This document shows positions 24,165 through 34,680 of a DNA stretch of 64,000 nt, one piece after another; positions within the stretch are counted from its first letter, which is position 1, and each line of letters begins with the position of its first letter. A program made the position numbers and the translations under genes. The notes under the pieces were generated by a model, which saw only the letters and a program-made list of their open reading frames with translations, was not told the DNA's origin and searched no databases. Source of the DNA: an uncultured Candidatus Rokubacteria bacterium (GTDB lineage Bacteria; Methylomirabilota; Methylomirabilia; Rokubacteriales; CSP1-6); contig CAVWWD010000008.1 in assembly GCA_963758635.1 (NCBI GenBank), positions 1,216,001 through 1,280,000 of the forward strand. Reading direction: 5' to 3'.

Positions 24165-24434
24165 ATGACGCGCACGCCGCGACGGCAGGCCCCGGTGCAT
24201 CCGGGGGAGATTCTGGCCGCGAAGTTCCTGACCCCGCTCGGGCTGACCCCGTACCGCGTGGCCGTGGATTGCGGGGTCCGGCCTCCGCGCTTCTACGAGA
24301 TCGTCCGCGGTAAGCGCAGCCTCACCGCCGACACCGCGCTCCGGCTTGGGCGGTACTTCGGCATGATAGAGGCGCTCCGCGGCAGCACCTTGACCTGGCG
24401 AGCGAGGCGGGCGCCGAGCGCCGGCGCCAGGTGA
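24165..24434 (+). CDS. higA: HigA-family antitoxin (C-terminus appears degenerate)
   Basis: PVHPGEIL..FLTPLGLTPYRVA...EIVRGKRSLTADTALRLGRYFG; usual FWLNLQ tail absent. Confidence 0.8.
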   Translation: MTRTPRRQAPVHPGEILAAKFLTPLGLTPYRVAVDCGVRPPRFYEIVRGKRSLTADTALRLGRYFGMIEALRGSTLTWRARRAPSAGAR

Positions 24435-24552
24435 GTACCGTGCGTCTCGCCCGGCGAGACGAAGAACGGCAAGGCGTAACTCGTGTACCTCACGCCGTGG
24501 TTGCCCCGGCCTACGAGCCGTGGGACGTGATGCGGTGTCGGGGAGCGAGGGG

Positions 24553-24581
24553 TTGACGCGCGGCCGGCAAGCCTGTAGCCT
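24553..24581 (+). promoter_or_regulatory. sigma-70 promoter of tRNA-Val
   Basis: TTGACG, 17 nt, TAGCCT, 9 nt upstream of the tRNA. Confidence 0.6.
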
Positions 24582-24590
24582 TTCCCGCAC

Positions 24591-24666
24591 GGACGATTAG
24601 CTCAGTTGGCAGAGCACTGGCCTCACATGCCAGGGGTCGCAGGTTCAAGTCCTGCATCGTCCACCA
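24591..24666 (+). tRNA. tRNA-Val (anticodon CAC)
   Basis: 76 nt; acceptor GGACGAT/ATCGTCC, anticodon stem CTGGC/GCCAG with loop CTCACAT, GGTTCAAGTCC T-loop, encoded CCA. Confidence 0.97.
24622..24666 (+). repeat. attL core (45-bp tRNA 3' end)
   Basis: identical to 39133-39177. Confidence 0.93.
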
Positions 24667-24673
24667 TTCTAAT

Positions 24674-25838
24674 TCACGCACTTAGCGCCCCCCGCCGCTC
24701 ACGTCCCGGTGCCCGTGTGCCATATACGTGCCATCGCGCGGAGCCTGAAACAGGCAGCGTGAGCGCCTGGACGGCCTCGGCGAGGTGCCCCGGGGCGAGG
24801 TGCTGATAGCGGATCGTCATCCGCGGATCCCGGTGGCCGAGCACCTCCATCACCACCCGTTGGTTCACGCCCGCCTGGGTCATCCGGGACGCGGCGTCGT
24901 GTCGCAAGTCGTGCAGCGTGATCTCGGGATGGCCGATCCGCTCGGCCCACCGCGCAAAGCTCGCGCGTGAGGACCTTCGGGTCGATCACGGGCAGCACCG
25001 GCGCCCGCCGGTCGATCCCGCGCGGGAGCCGACGCAGGAGCGCCTCCAGGTCGCGGGACATGGGAATCACTCTCGCGTGTCCGCTCTTCGTGTGACGGAA
25101 TGAGACCTGGCGACGTCCCAGGTCCACGTCGGCCCACACGAGCCGCGTGAGCTCGCTGCGGCGTGCCGCGGAGAGCATGACCGCCTCGATGTAGAGGCGG
25201 AGCGTGCGCGAGGGCCGGACGGGCCAGCTCCACTGGCCGGCCGTCGCTGGCCGTCGACGATGCGCTCCACGCCCTCGAGCAGGGCGCTGACGGACCTCGG
25301 GCTCGAGGAGCACCACGCGGCCCGGCGGTTCCTTCGCCTTCCGGATCTTCGCCGCCGGATTCACCGTGAGGTAGCCCCACTCGACGGCGTGGCCAAGCGC
25401 GTGCTTGAGCCGCGTGAGGTCCTTGTTCGCGGTGGACGGGGAGACCTCGCTCCGGCGCTCCGCGTACCAGCGAGCGATCGCTTCGGGCTTGAGCGCCCGC
25501 AACGCGAGTCCGCCGAACCGCGGGAGCAGGGTCGTGTCGAGGATCCACTTCCGCGTGCGCTCCGCCCAGGAGGGCGCGAGCGTCGGCGCCACCGCGGGCC
25601 AGTAGCGCTCATCGACGAAGGTCCGGAAGAGCAGCCCCTCGTCGCGGCGGCCGGTGATCTCCTCCTTCGCGAGGCGCACGACCAGGTTCGCGTACATCAA
25701 CCTCGCCGTCGCGGCGTCGGGGGACGCCTTCAGTCGCCGGCGCTGGCCCGTGGCGTCCCGATAGTCCAGGTGCCACCACTTCGTGGTGGCGTTCCAGAAG
25801 ATGCCGTCTCGGCGTGTGCGCGTGGAGCGGGTCGTCAT
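24674..25838 (-). CDS. tyrosine recombinase/integrase (frameshifted)
   Basis: arm-binding WHLDYRDATGQRRR, core-binding STANKDL..LKHALGHAVEWGYLTVNPA, catalytic ARRSEL, TKSG, LHDLRH, LGH, IRYQHL. Confidence 0.92.
24717..24735 (+). repeat. putative integrase arm-type site, left
   Basis: GTGCCATATACGTGCCATC, identical at 39018-39036. Confidence 0.7.
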
Positions 25839-25872
25839 CGGGTCCTCGCTTTCTTCGCGTTCTTCGCGTTCT

Positions 25873-26451
25873 TCACGTCGTCGTCTTCGCCGTCTTCGCG
25901 CGGTGGCGCCGCTCCGCCGCCCGTTGCCGGACCGTGGCCGCGCGCCGCGGTCGCGTGCATCGAGCAATACCGTCCGCGCTTCGCGGCGACGAAGGGCCGG
26001 CGGCACCCCGGCCTCCGCGCAGCGGCGCAGGAGCGAGCGCGGCACGTGCTCGAGGTAGGTGATGGCGGCCCAGAGGACCGCCGCGCTGAGCGCGGTCGCG
26101 CGCGTCGGAGGCAAGTTGGACGCGGACCGCGGTCGCGGTGCTGGTCACCGTGATCGTGAGGGGAAGACGTGGCCCGCCACGTCCGTCCATCGACCACGCC
26201 TCTCGAACAGCGATGCGCAGGACGAGTGTGGAGCTCATGGAACTCTGCGAGGAACGGCGGATGGCGGAATTGCGGCCGAGGGAGCTCCGCGCACGCGGGC
26301 CTCGAGCACCGGCGAGCCAGGCGCGCACGCCCGCGACCAGCGGCGGCGCCTCGGCGTCGCTCGGCGGGTGATACGCCAGCGCGGCGAGGGCCGCGAGGCG
26401 CTGCCGACAGAGGGCGCGGCGGATGCGGGCGTCGCGGGGGAGGGTGTCCAT
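25873..26451 (-). CDS. hypothetical protein (frameshifted)
   Basis: plausible N-terminus (..LAALAALAYHPP..VRAWLAG) and later WRAT and ALSAAVLWAAITYLE segments in other frames; boundaries uncertain. Confidence 0.4.
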   Translation of the reverse strand: MDTLPRDARIRRALCRQRLAALAALAYHPPSDAEAPPLVAGVRAWLAGARGPRARSSLGRNSAIRRSSQSSMSSTLVLRIAVREAWSMDGRGGPRLPLTITVTSTATAVRVQLASDARDRAQRGGPLGRHHLPRARAALAPAPLRGGRGAAGPSSPRSADGIARCTRPRRAATVRQRAAERRHRAKTAKTTT

Positions 26452-26569
26452 GCCCCGATACTACACAACAATGACAACAGGAGCAAATCAGCATTTTTCT
26501 CTTGCATACCACCGCCGGCGAGGACATGCTCGGCGCGACACCATCACGAGCAGGAGAGGAGGGACGCGG

Positions 26570-26821
26570 ATGTTGACGCGGGGCGGAACGATCCCGGATC
26601 TCGCGGAGCGCTACGGGCTCAGCCAGTTCACGATCCACGCCTGGCTCCGCAAGGGGCTCATCGCGCACACGCGCTTTGGGCGGCGGATCCTCGTGGATCT
26701 CGACAGCTTCGAGAAGGTGCTCGAGGCGAACTACCGGCCGGCCGTGGGTGACGGCGTCTTCCCGGCCGCCACGCGGCCGCGGAAGGCCGCCCGCGTCGCT
26801 CGGCGGAAGGCGAGACGGTGA
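26570..26821 (+). CDS. excisionase/AlpA-like winged-HTH protein
   Basis: TIPDLAERYGLSQFTIHAWLRKGLIAHTRFGRRILVD; GGAG-rich RBS; divergent from the integrase. Confidence 0.8.
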   Translation: MLTRGGTIPDLAERYGLSQFTIHAWLRKGLIAHTRFGRRILVDLDSFEKVLEANYRPAVGDGVFPAATRPRKAARVARRKARR

Positions 26822-27461
26822 TGATCTGCGTCCAGCTCCCGAAGTGAAACGACCGCCGCGGTCGCGAGCCGGCGCCGTCGTTTCAGTGCAGCGAACTTCC
26901 TTTTTGACGAGAGGAGCTCAGTATGGCAGGGTCAGTTTCTTCCTTCAATCGCTTCGACCTACGAGCCCCTGTCCCCCGACCGGATCCGCGACTACGCCTC
27001 CTGAAGGGGGAACGACGATCCGATCGACGACCTACCTTCAGCGGTTCCCTATCGCCGCCTTCTCGCTGAACGACCGGTGGACGGTGATGGAGGTGCTCGT
27101 CGCCTGAATCGCGCACGAGCGGATCTGCAGGTCGCGCTCCGCCAGGCCACGACCGCGCAGGGCAGGAGCCGACGGCATGAGCCGGCGGCGCGCGTGTCGT
27201 ACGACGGTCCGCCTGTGACCGTCGATCTCGACGATCCCGAGGTCATCCGCCCGCGAGTCTGCCGGCGCATCCGGCAGCGCGTGGGCTGGACGCATCGCGC
27301 GTCAGCAGCCTGACTCACTTGCATCAGAGCACCATCTCGCGTTCGAGTGCGGCAAGCTCACGCTCTCTCTCGAGGCCCGCCGGCGGTTCCTGGCCGGGCT
27401 CTGTGTCCTGGCGCTCGGCTTCGCCATCGCCACCTCGACGACTAGACACACACGCGGCCCC

Positions 27462-27829
27462 ATGGTCCGGATGCCCTTCGGCCCACATAGAGGGAAGCTC
27501 CTCAGCGAAGCTGCCGCTCGACCACCTCGAGTGGAGCATTCGGGTCGTTACGCGCGAACTGGCTCCGCGAGGCCCTCCTCGCGGAGCTCGAGGCGCGGAA
27601 GAGGTCAGCAGTCCTCGTCAACCGATGGCGCCGGCCGCGAAGAAGCAGAGTCGTGACGCGCGCGCCGGCGCGTCCTCGTCGTCGTCGGAGTTCCGCGACC
27701 TGGTCGAGCGCGCCCGGCGCGAGCTGGCCCGGACGTATCACCCGACGTTGGCGGGAACGTCGACCTGATGAAGGGCGATGAACCTCCTCGCTGACCGATA
27801 TGCTCGGTCGGAACGGACGACGGCGATGA
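27462..27829 (+). CDS. DUF3820-like protein with J-domain-like tail (frameshifted)
   Basis: MPFGPHRGKLLS..LPLDHLEW, then RRELARTYHP(D)VGG..LMKAMN after frame correction. Confidence 0.5.
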
Positions 27830-28004
27830 CCAACCAGCCTGTGTGGGATGTGGAACGACGACCACGTGCTCTCGATCCTGGTCGGTCGGGCTCCGGGCGA
27901 GCACGGCGACGCCTGGCAGCTGCGCGTGTGCGAGACCTGCCTGGTGACGATGCCGCCGGCCCGTCTGGCCGATGCGGTGGCCGGCGTCGGGAAGGCGGAG
28001 CGCG

Positions 28005-30204
28005 ATGCACGTCCATCCTGACCATCTCGTCGACCTGCGCAAGAGCGGGCTCGCCGATGCCACGATCGAGGCGCTGCAGATCCGCTCGCTCGCGCCGGCG
28101 GAATGGCCGCAGTACCTGGTTGGCGCCTTCCTCGCGGGAGTCAACGAGCCTTTGCTGTTCCCCTATCCGGGCACGGACGGCTTCTACCGCGTGAAGACTC
28201 TTCCCGGCCGTGCGCCAGACGGCAACGGTCACACGTCAAGTACTACCAGCCGCCCGAGGACGGCGCCCGGCTCTACATCCCGCCCGCGACCCGGGAGCGC
28301 GCTAGCGCGATCCGGGCACCGAGCTAGCTCTACGATCGAGGGACGAAAAAAAGTGCGCGAAGGCGGTCCTAGGAGGGGCTAGCGCCGTTAGGCCTCGGCG
28401 GCGATGTGGAACTAGCGGCACCGAGGGCCAGCCATCGCCGACCTCGACGCGATCGACTACTGGGCGCGGCCCTGCCCGTCGATAGCCGACAGCGATACGT
28501 GGATGCGGCCTGACCTTTGCGTCCGCTCGACGCGCTCGGCAAGGAGTGCGAGGCGCGCGGCGCCGTCGTGCGCGTGTGAAGCTGCCCGCCGGGCCCGACG
28601 GCGCCAAGGCCGGCCTCGACGACTTCTTCATCGACCACACGGTGGACGACTTCCATGCGTTGCCACGGCTCGCCCTGACGGACCGCGAGTTCACGCGCAC
28701 GCGTCACATGGTAGCGTGGGATGGACGAAGCGGCAGGATCGCGCGACAGAGAAGGTCGCGGAAGGACGCGCGGACGCTTCTCGCGAAGGCGGGCACGATC
28801 CAGGTCCTGCACCCGCCCAGGATGTCCACGAAGGGCGCCTGATGTACGGCCTCCCATCGACCAAGGACCTCGTGCTACTGGCCTCGACGCCGAGAACTGT
28901 GCCGCGCCGACGAGCTCCCGGAGATCGGTCCGGGCCGCGCCACACGCGTCCGGGCCGCTCCTCGAGTGACCCGGGAGACGCGTCGCGTGGATTGACGGCG
29001 CGAGCGACCGGTCCGTGCCATCGAGCCCTCGACGGCCTGGACGCTGTACTTCCACGAGCACCTCTACCTCCGTGATCGGCCGAGGCGTGCCGTCTCCAAC
29101 GGCCCTAGTCCTGGCAAGCTGGGCCCTAGGCACCGAGAGTATCATCGCGCGTTCCGGAACGTACCCCGTACCTCGTCTTCCGCTCGTCGGAGAAGTCCAG
29201 CGGCAAGAGCCGGCGCTCGATGCAGCTCCGCCGCGTGTCACATTCGAAACGCGAGCTCCGTCCAGGACGCGCCGATCGGAAGCCGGCCTGTACCGCGGCG
29301 CCGAGCGCTACAGGCGGGGCGCAGCTCTTCGACGAGGTGGAGTCGCGCAAGAGTAAGACCGAGCGAGCAGATCGAGGCGCTCCTGAGCGTGCTCAACGTC
29401 GGCTTCGAGAAGGGCAGCGACGGTCATCGCAGCCAGGAGAAGCGGGGCGAGCAGTTCGTCGATGTGGACTACGACGCCTGTATGCGCCGCGCGCGCTCGC
29501 CGGCCTGCGCTCGCTCGAGGACACGCTAGAGCACCGCAGCTATTTTTTGTTTCATGTTGCGGCGCCTCCGGAACCATCCCCAGAGAGCAGATCGCGAGGG
29601 TGACCGCGGCATACCGACTACCCGTGGTCCAGGCCTCTCCGGGTGGAGTGCGCCTGGGCGTGCCTGGAGCACATCGGCAACATCCTGACCGCCCGCGAGG
29701 AGGTCGACGTCGCTCCTCCAGAAGAAGGAGTACGAGGACTTCGACGACCGCCTGACCGATCTCTGGCGTCCGCTGCTCGGCCCTTGGCCATGGTGGCCGA
29801 CGTTGAGCAGGAGCCGCCCGGCGATTCGCCATTCCGGGTCCTCCTCCGGGCGATGCAGGCCGCGGGCGAGGTCCGGGACGCGGAGACGGCAGGCCGGGTC
29901 CACCGCCACCCTGGTGCGGGCGCTGCTGAAGGTCCGGGAGGAGCGTGTGGCGCATTCCCAGCCGGTGGAGCTCTCCGCCGGGATCGCTCCTGGCAGCGCT
30001 CAAGGCCAAGGTGCCCGTAGTGGGACTGGCTCAAGTCGAAGAAGAAGCTGGCCGTGCCTGCTGAACCCGCTCGGGATCGTCCATGCGCCAGCAGCGGGTA
30101 GGAGGCGGGAGCGTCGCTGGGTCTATCTTCCTGAGCCTGTATCATGCTCCAGAACCTCCAGGAGCGTTATGTCGTCTCGCACCGACGACGACGAGGCCCC
30201 ATGA
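28005..30204 (+). CDS. Toprim (DUF3854-like) primase fused to a DUF3631-like replication domain (heavily frameshifted)
   Basis: HLVDLRKSGL, LLFPYP, KYYQP..LYIP, IEG.KK, GLGG.WN, KLP.GPDGAKAGLDDFF; then FDEVE, VLNVGFEKG, YAPRALAGL..LEDTLE.RS, DDRLTDLWRPLL. Confidence 0.7.
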
Positions 30205-30213
30205 GCCAGAGCC

Positions 30214-30298
30214 CATGACAACCCGTGACCCTGTGACAAGCCGCATCGTTGCTGCCCCGCCACTGATGCGCGTTGTCACATGGTCACGTGTTGTCATG
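30214..30298. repeat. long inverted repeat of TGAC units, putative replication origin of the element
   Basis: ATGACAACCCGTGACCCTGTGACAA (30215-30239) vs TTGTCACATGGTCACGTGTTGTCAT (30273-30297), 2 mismatches; at the 3' end of the primase gene, followed by a T tract. Confidence 0.7.
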
Positions 30299-30565
30299 TG
30301 CACAAGAGGGTGAGGGTGTCTCATATCTGACTTGACCGGGAGGCTTTCTTCTCTTTTTTTTTTTTTTGTCTCCCCGCCGGTGCCATATCGAGACGCCCCA
30401 TCCATCATTTTTTAGCCGGAGGAACGCGCGCTGGCCCCCGACACTCTGCAGATCCTGCTCGGCGAGCCGATCGAGCCGCATCTGGTTAACAAGAAAGGCC
30501 GGAATGCGCATCGTACCTGCTGGTCATACGCATGGCGTCTGATCGTTTGCTTCCGCATTGCTGTC

Positions 30566-30994
30566 GTGCGGCTCGGCATCAACGAGGACGACATCAACTA
30601 CATCAACGTCCGGCCGGCGAGCCTGGTGTCGCCCGCCCAGCGCGAGCGGCTCGCGCTCCTGAGCTACGACGTGTGGTGGCTTCTCGGCGAGGCGCCGACC
30701 GAGCCCGGCGACCTGCAGCCGCTCCCGGTCGAGCCGGACCGTTCGCCGTCCGGAGCGCGGTCGTTTGCCACGCCACGACAAGAAGGGCCGCGGCAATGGC
30801 CGGACTGGCGGCGACGTACCCGGTCGATCTGCAGCCCGGTACGAGCTCGTGCATTTGTGTCGCGTTCCTGGCTCCGCCGGACCATGCCAGCGGACGTGTC
30901 CGCACGGCGCGGGCGTCTCGGCACGGGGATGTACGGGCTCCCAGTGGTCAGATCACCGACGAGCACGGAGATAGAGGAAGGAGACACGACATGA
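30566..30994 (+). CDS. hypothetical protein
   Basis: protein-like segment LGINEDDINYINVRPASLVSPAQRERLALLSYDVWWLLGE; boundaries uncertain. Confidence 0.4.
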   Translation: MRLGINEDDINYINVRPASLVSPAQRERLALLSYDVWWLLGEAPTEPGDLQPLPVEPDRSPSGARSFATPRQEGPRQWPDWRRRTRSICSPVRARAFVSRSWLRRTMPADVSARRGRLGTGMYGLPVVRSPTSTEIEEGDTT

Positions 30995-31193
30995 GCGAGT
31001 CGACGGAGCGGACGGGGACGTGCGTCTCAGAGGCAATCGCCCACCTGAGGGCCGCGCTGCGCTTCCTCGAGCGGCACCGCGCCGCCGCGCGAGAGGAGGA
31101 GGACGCGGGGCGATGGGCGCGTTGGATCACCCAGGCCGTCACCCAGGCCAACACCGAGACCGGCGCGACGGCCGGCGACGAGGAGGAGACGCG

Positions 31194-31566
31194 ATGAGCA
31201 GCTACCAGCGATGGACAAGGCCTCGATATGGGCGGCAAATAGATCTTCAAAGTGGACCCCGGGCGCCCATATCTGAGAGGCGATCCTCATAGGCTGTAAG
31301 GACGGCCAGTTCCGTCGACGGGCCCCGTGCATACGTCGAACTCACGACGAGACGCAGGGCGTATCACCTTCCCCGACGCCGACCCAGCTGTACCGCGACC
31401 TGTTTGTGAAGCTCGAGGTCTGGTGGGCGAGACGTTACGACATCACGTGCCTCGGCTGCAGCACGAGCAAGAAGGGTGGGAACGACTACCTCACCTTCGA
31501 GACCCAGAGTCCGGCGTGACAGCGCCGAGCCGTTGCTACGACGTGTTCGTCGATCCGATCGAGTAG
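31194..31566 (+). CDS. hypothetical protein, possibly OB-fold ssDNA-binding (frameshifted)
   Basis: GGAGGAG RBS and ATG; fragments FKWTPG, GRITFP, YDVFVDP; directly upstream of a nuclease. Confidence 0.3.
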
Positions 31567-31568
31567 CC

Positions 31569-32342
31569 GTGAGCGTGGCGTACCCGGACCCAGCAAGGTT
31601 CTATCACGATCGGCGGCCAGCGTCTACCCGAGCGTGACCACCATCCTGTCCGGGGCGATCAACAAGCCCGCGCTGGGCCCCTGGTACGCGAAGGAGGAGC
31701 GCCGTCACTTCGAGACGGCGCTCCTCGACGTGCTGGCGTAAGCCCGGCGCACGGGATCCCGAGTGGGTGCTCGGCGAGCTCGCCCAGGCCGTCGTCGGCG
31801 TCAAGGCCGCGGACCGCGCCAAGCAGCAGGCCGCGAGCATCGGCACCGCGGCGCACGCGCTCATCGAGTATCACCTCCGCGTGCAGCTCGGCGAGGATCC
31901 CGGCCCGCGGCCCGTCGTCCCGGATCCGGCGCTGTGGGCCTTCGAGGCGTGGAAGCGACTGGGCCGCCGAAGGTCAACCTCGTGCCGCTGGCCGTCGAGC
32001 GCGTCGTGCACGATCCGCGTCAACGGCTACGACGGGCACGATGGACCTGTACGCGAAGGTCAAGGGCGAGTTGACGGTGCTCGACTGGAAGACGGGGCGA
32101 GGCCGTCTACCCGGAAGCGTTTCTCCAGAACATCGCGTATCGCCACGCGGCCGCGCTCGACGACATGCCGTCGACGCAGGGCCTCGTGGTGCGTCTCCCG
32201 AAGCTCGTGGACGATCCGGCGCCCGAGCCCGTGTGGGTGCCTCCGCACGTCCACATCACCGACTTCCTGGCCGCGCTCCGTCTCTGGCGCTGCTCTGCGC
32301 CGGCTCGAGGGACGGCCGATCGGCTCCTGGCGAGCCGCGTGA
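31569..32342 (+). CDS. PD-(D/E)XK exonuclease (RecB/Cas4-like phage nuclease; frameshifted)
   Basis: YPSVTTIL..INKPAL..W, IGTAAHALIE, MDLYAKV..LTVLDWKTG, LQNIAY. Confidence 0.8.
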
Positions 32343-33308
32343 GAAAGGAGCGCCTCCGATGACCCCCGTCAACTCACGACTCGTTGGCCACAGCGCGCAG
32401 CGATTGTGCGCCGGTTCTTCGAGGACCGCCGCGCGGCGAGACCCTGGGACCTGGCATGCGTGGTCCCTGGAAAACCCCGAAGAGGACCGACATCTCCATC
32501 GGGCGCTGACGCACGACCGCTTTCTATCGCTGCATCCACTCCCTGTCCCTACGACGAACTTGACGCGTACTTCTCCGGCAGTGTTCGCGCTCGTTCATGG
32601 TGGCCGAGTTCAAGCGCTGGCTCGACGCGGACCCGGCACGGCGCTGTCGCCATGAGGAGGAGCCGCCTCGATGATAGGCTCGAGCGCCTCCTGGCCAAGT
32701 ACCGCTGGTCGCCGGCCGAACGGGAGCGCCTGCTGCGTCTTCACGCCGCGGCGAGCGGCACACCGCCCCACCACCACCCGATCCACCCGAGCAGCCGCTG
32801 TTGATCCCCGGGATCCGGCTGAGGGTGTGGCGCCGAAGCGGCCTGCGGCGATGCCGAAGCGGACGCGGCGATGAGCGAGCCGCGGCGGTCTGCCGCACCA
32901 CGGAGAGATGCTGCGCGCGGTCATGGCCGGCTGGCTATGGCGCAGCATCCCGTTTTATACGCTGCCCTCCTCGCCGAGAATCGCTTGGCAACGAGGAGCT
33001 CGCCGAGCTGACCGGGCGCGCCCGGGCCATCGTGCGGGACGCACGCGCGCTCGCGGACGCGATGCGCGCGTGGGCGGAGGGGCACATCGCGCGGTCTGTG
33101 CGAGGACGCGTCGACCAACGCGATCACGAGCACCGGAACCCCACACCACACAGCCAGGAGGACCCGTGATGAAGATTGACCTTGATAGATCATCCTCGAT
33201 ATCGATACCGGATATCCGGCGGTGGCGCTGCCGCGCATCGACCTCAAGAGCCTCCAGACGATCGACGGATACGTGCTGGACACGCTCCGGGCGGACGACG
33301 GGACCGGA

Positions 33309-33583
33309 TGATCCTGATGGCCCGCCGTGCCGAGAGCGACCTCGTCGCGCTGCTCTGGCCCAACGAGTTTGACCCCGTGGGCAAGGTGCTGACGTTCCTC
33401 CTGGCCGAGAAGCGAAAGCTCGAAGAGGACGGATACCGTCTCGGGCTCGACTACGACCCGAAGTACGAGCAGGTCCCGTACTTCTTTCCGCACGTCGCGA
33501 TCACGTGCGTCTTTGACGGCACCCTGGGCGAGGACGCACGTGATCCTCGGACTACGAGCTGCGGCTGTTCCCGGGATGAGTGA
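33309..33583 (+). CDS. hypothetical protein
   Basis: protein-like ORF (ALLWPNEFDPVGKVLTFLLAEKRKLEEDGYRLGLDYDPKYE); true start probably upstream across a frameshift. Confidence 0.4.
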
Positions 33584-33586
33584 GCG

Positions 33587-33808
33587 ATGACCACGCTCAC
33601 CAAGCCCCTCAGCCGGCGTACGCCCTGGCGCGCCCCGTACGGCGTCACCCGGGACGTTGTCATCACCCTCTACCCGGGCGGCACGATCGGGCTCCGGGAA
33701 CATCGGCGACGCCGGGAGGTCCGGCTCGACGCCGCGGCGCTCTACGCCCGCGCCCTTGCCACGGAGGCCGGAGATGCGCGCCGGCGTCGTCGCCGGTCCC
33801 TCCGATGA
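33587..33808 (+). CDS. small phage-type hypothetical protein
   Basis: intact 73-aa ORF in a co-oriented gene run. Confidence 0.55.
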   Translation: MTTLTKPLSRRTPWRAPYGVTRDVVITLYPGGTIGLREHRRRREVRLDAAALYARALATEAGDARRRRRRSLR

Positions 33809-33874
33809 AGGCGTCGTCATGAATCTGATCAACGAGCTTGGGACCATGGATCAACAGCCGACTGGAGGACGACG

Positions 33875-34357
33875 ATGACGAATGAGGGAGAGCGCATGCG
33901 CACGTCACCGTGGAACCCGTACGAATCGATGGACTACCCGCACTGCGAGCAGTGCCCCACGGAGGTCCCGATCCGCGTGCACGACGCGTCACTGGCTGAA
34001 CCGACGTACGTCGCACGCCGCTGCGACTGGGAGGCGCGCCACGAGTTCGACGCGTACACCGCCGTCTGCTGGACCCTCGACGCCGCGGACAGGCCGTACA
34101 GGCAGATGCACGTGTCCTGCGCGTGGTGCCTGATCACGCAGGACACCTTCTGCGTCCCGGAACTGCGCGTTAGCCAGCCCGGCGTGGTGATGGCCACGGC
34201 AAGGGGTGCCGCGCTGGGTCGGCTGCCTCGACTGCGCCGAGACGATCGCGTGGGGGCTCATCACCGCCGAGATGTGGTGGGCCATGCCCGTGCGGAGCTC
34301 GCCGGATACCGCTCCGCGACCGAGCCTCCCCCTCCACCCCGGTGGATGGACCGCTGA
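33875..34357 (+). CDS. Cys-rich hypothetical protein
   Basis: GGAGG RBS; CxxC pairs CEQC, CAWC and CLDC (last in a shifted frame). Confidence 0.45.
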   Translation: MTNEGERMRTSPWNPYESMDYPHCEQCPTEVPIRVHDASLAEPTYVARRCDWEARHEFDAYTAVCWTLDAADRPYRQMHVSCAWCLITQDTFCVPELRVSQPGVVMATARGAALGRLPRLRRDDRVGAHHRRDVVGHARAELAGYRSATEPPPPPRWMDR

Positions 34358-34680
34358 TGGCGAAGGAAGACTGGATCGAAGCCGCGGAGAAGTCGCCACG
34401 TATGGCGCCGTTCTTCGTGGCGGTCGCGCACGGCGCGCTCGTGAAGGAGATGCCGGCGCCTGAGCATCCGGGGTTATTCTGGTACTGCGCCGTGTGTGCG
34501 GAGCTCGTGGCCAGCGAGGACGATGACGGCGCACTACGCCCTCGACGGGGCGCACCTGGCCATCTCGCTCCGCTGGGATGGAAGAACAGCGGGCCCTGGA
34601 CGCTGGCGGCCCCCATCGAACGTGCGCTCGCGCGTCAGCGGGAGAAGCGTACTTCCCAGGGGGAGCTGCAATATGACTGA
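34357..34680 (+). CDS. hypothetical protein
   Basis: TGATG coupling with the upstream ORF; contains WYCAVC. Confidence 0.45.
   Translation: MAKEDWIEAAEKSPRMAPFFVAVAHGALVKEMPAPEHPGLFWYCAVCAELVASEDDDGALRPRRGAPGHLAPLGWKNSGPWTLAAPIERALARQREKRTSQGELQYD

Noticed and set aside
24606..24806. ORFs overlapping the tRNA (and 39138-40115 at attR)
   Set aside because: Translation of tRNA sequence or of the antisense strand of the patatin gene.
28400..28420. In-frame TAG after GLGG.WN as stop-codon recoding
   Set aside because: Single case in a very error-rich stretch, and TAG is used as a normal stop elsewhere.
31569..32342. Cas4 / CRISPR system
   Set aside because: No repeat-spacer array or other cas gene in the window, and no Fe-S cysteine cluster; a phage-type nuclease fits better.
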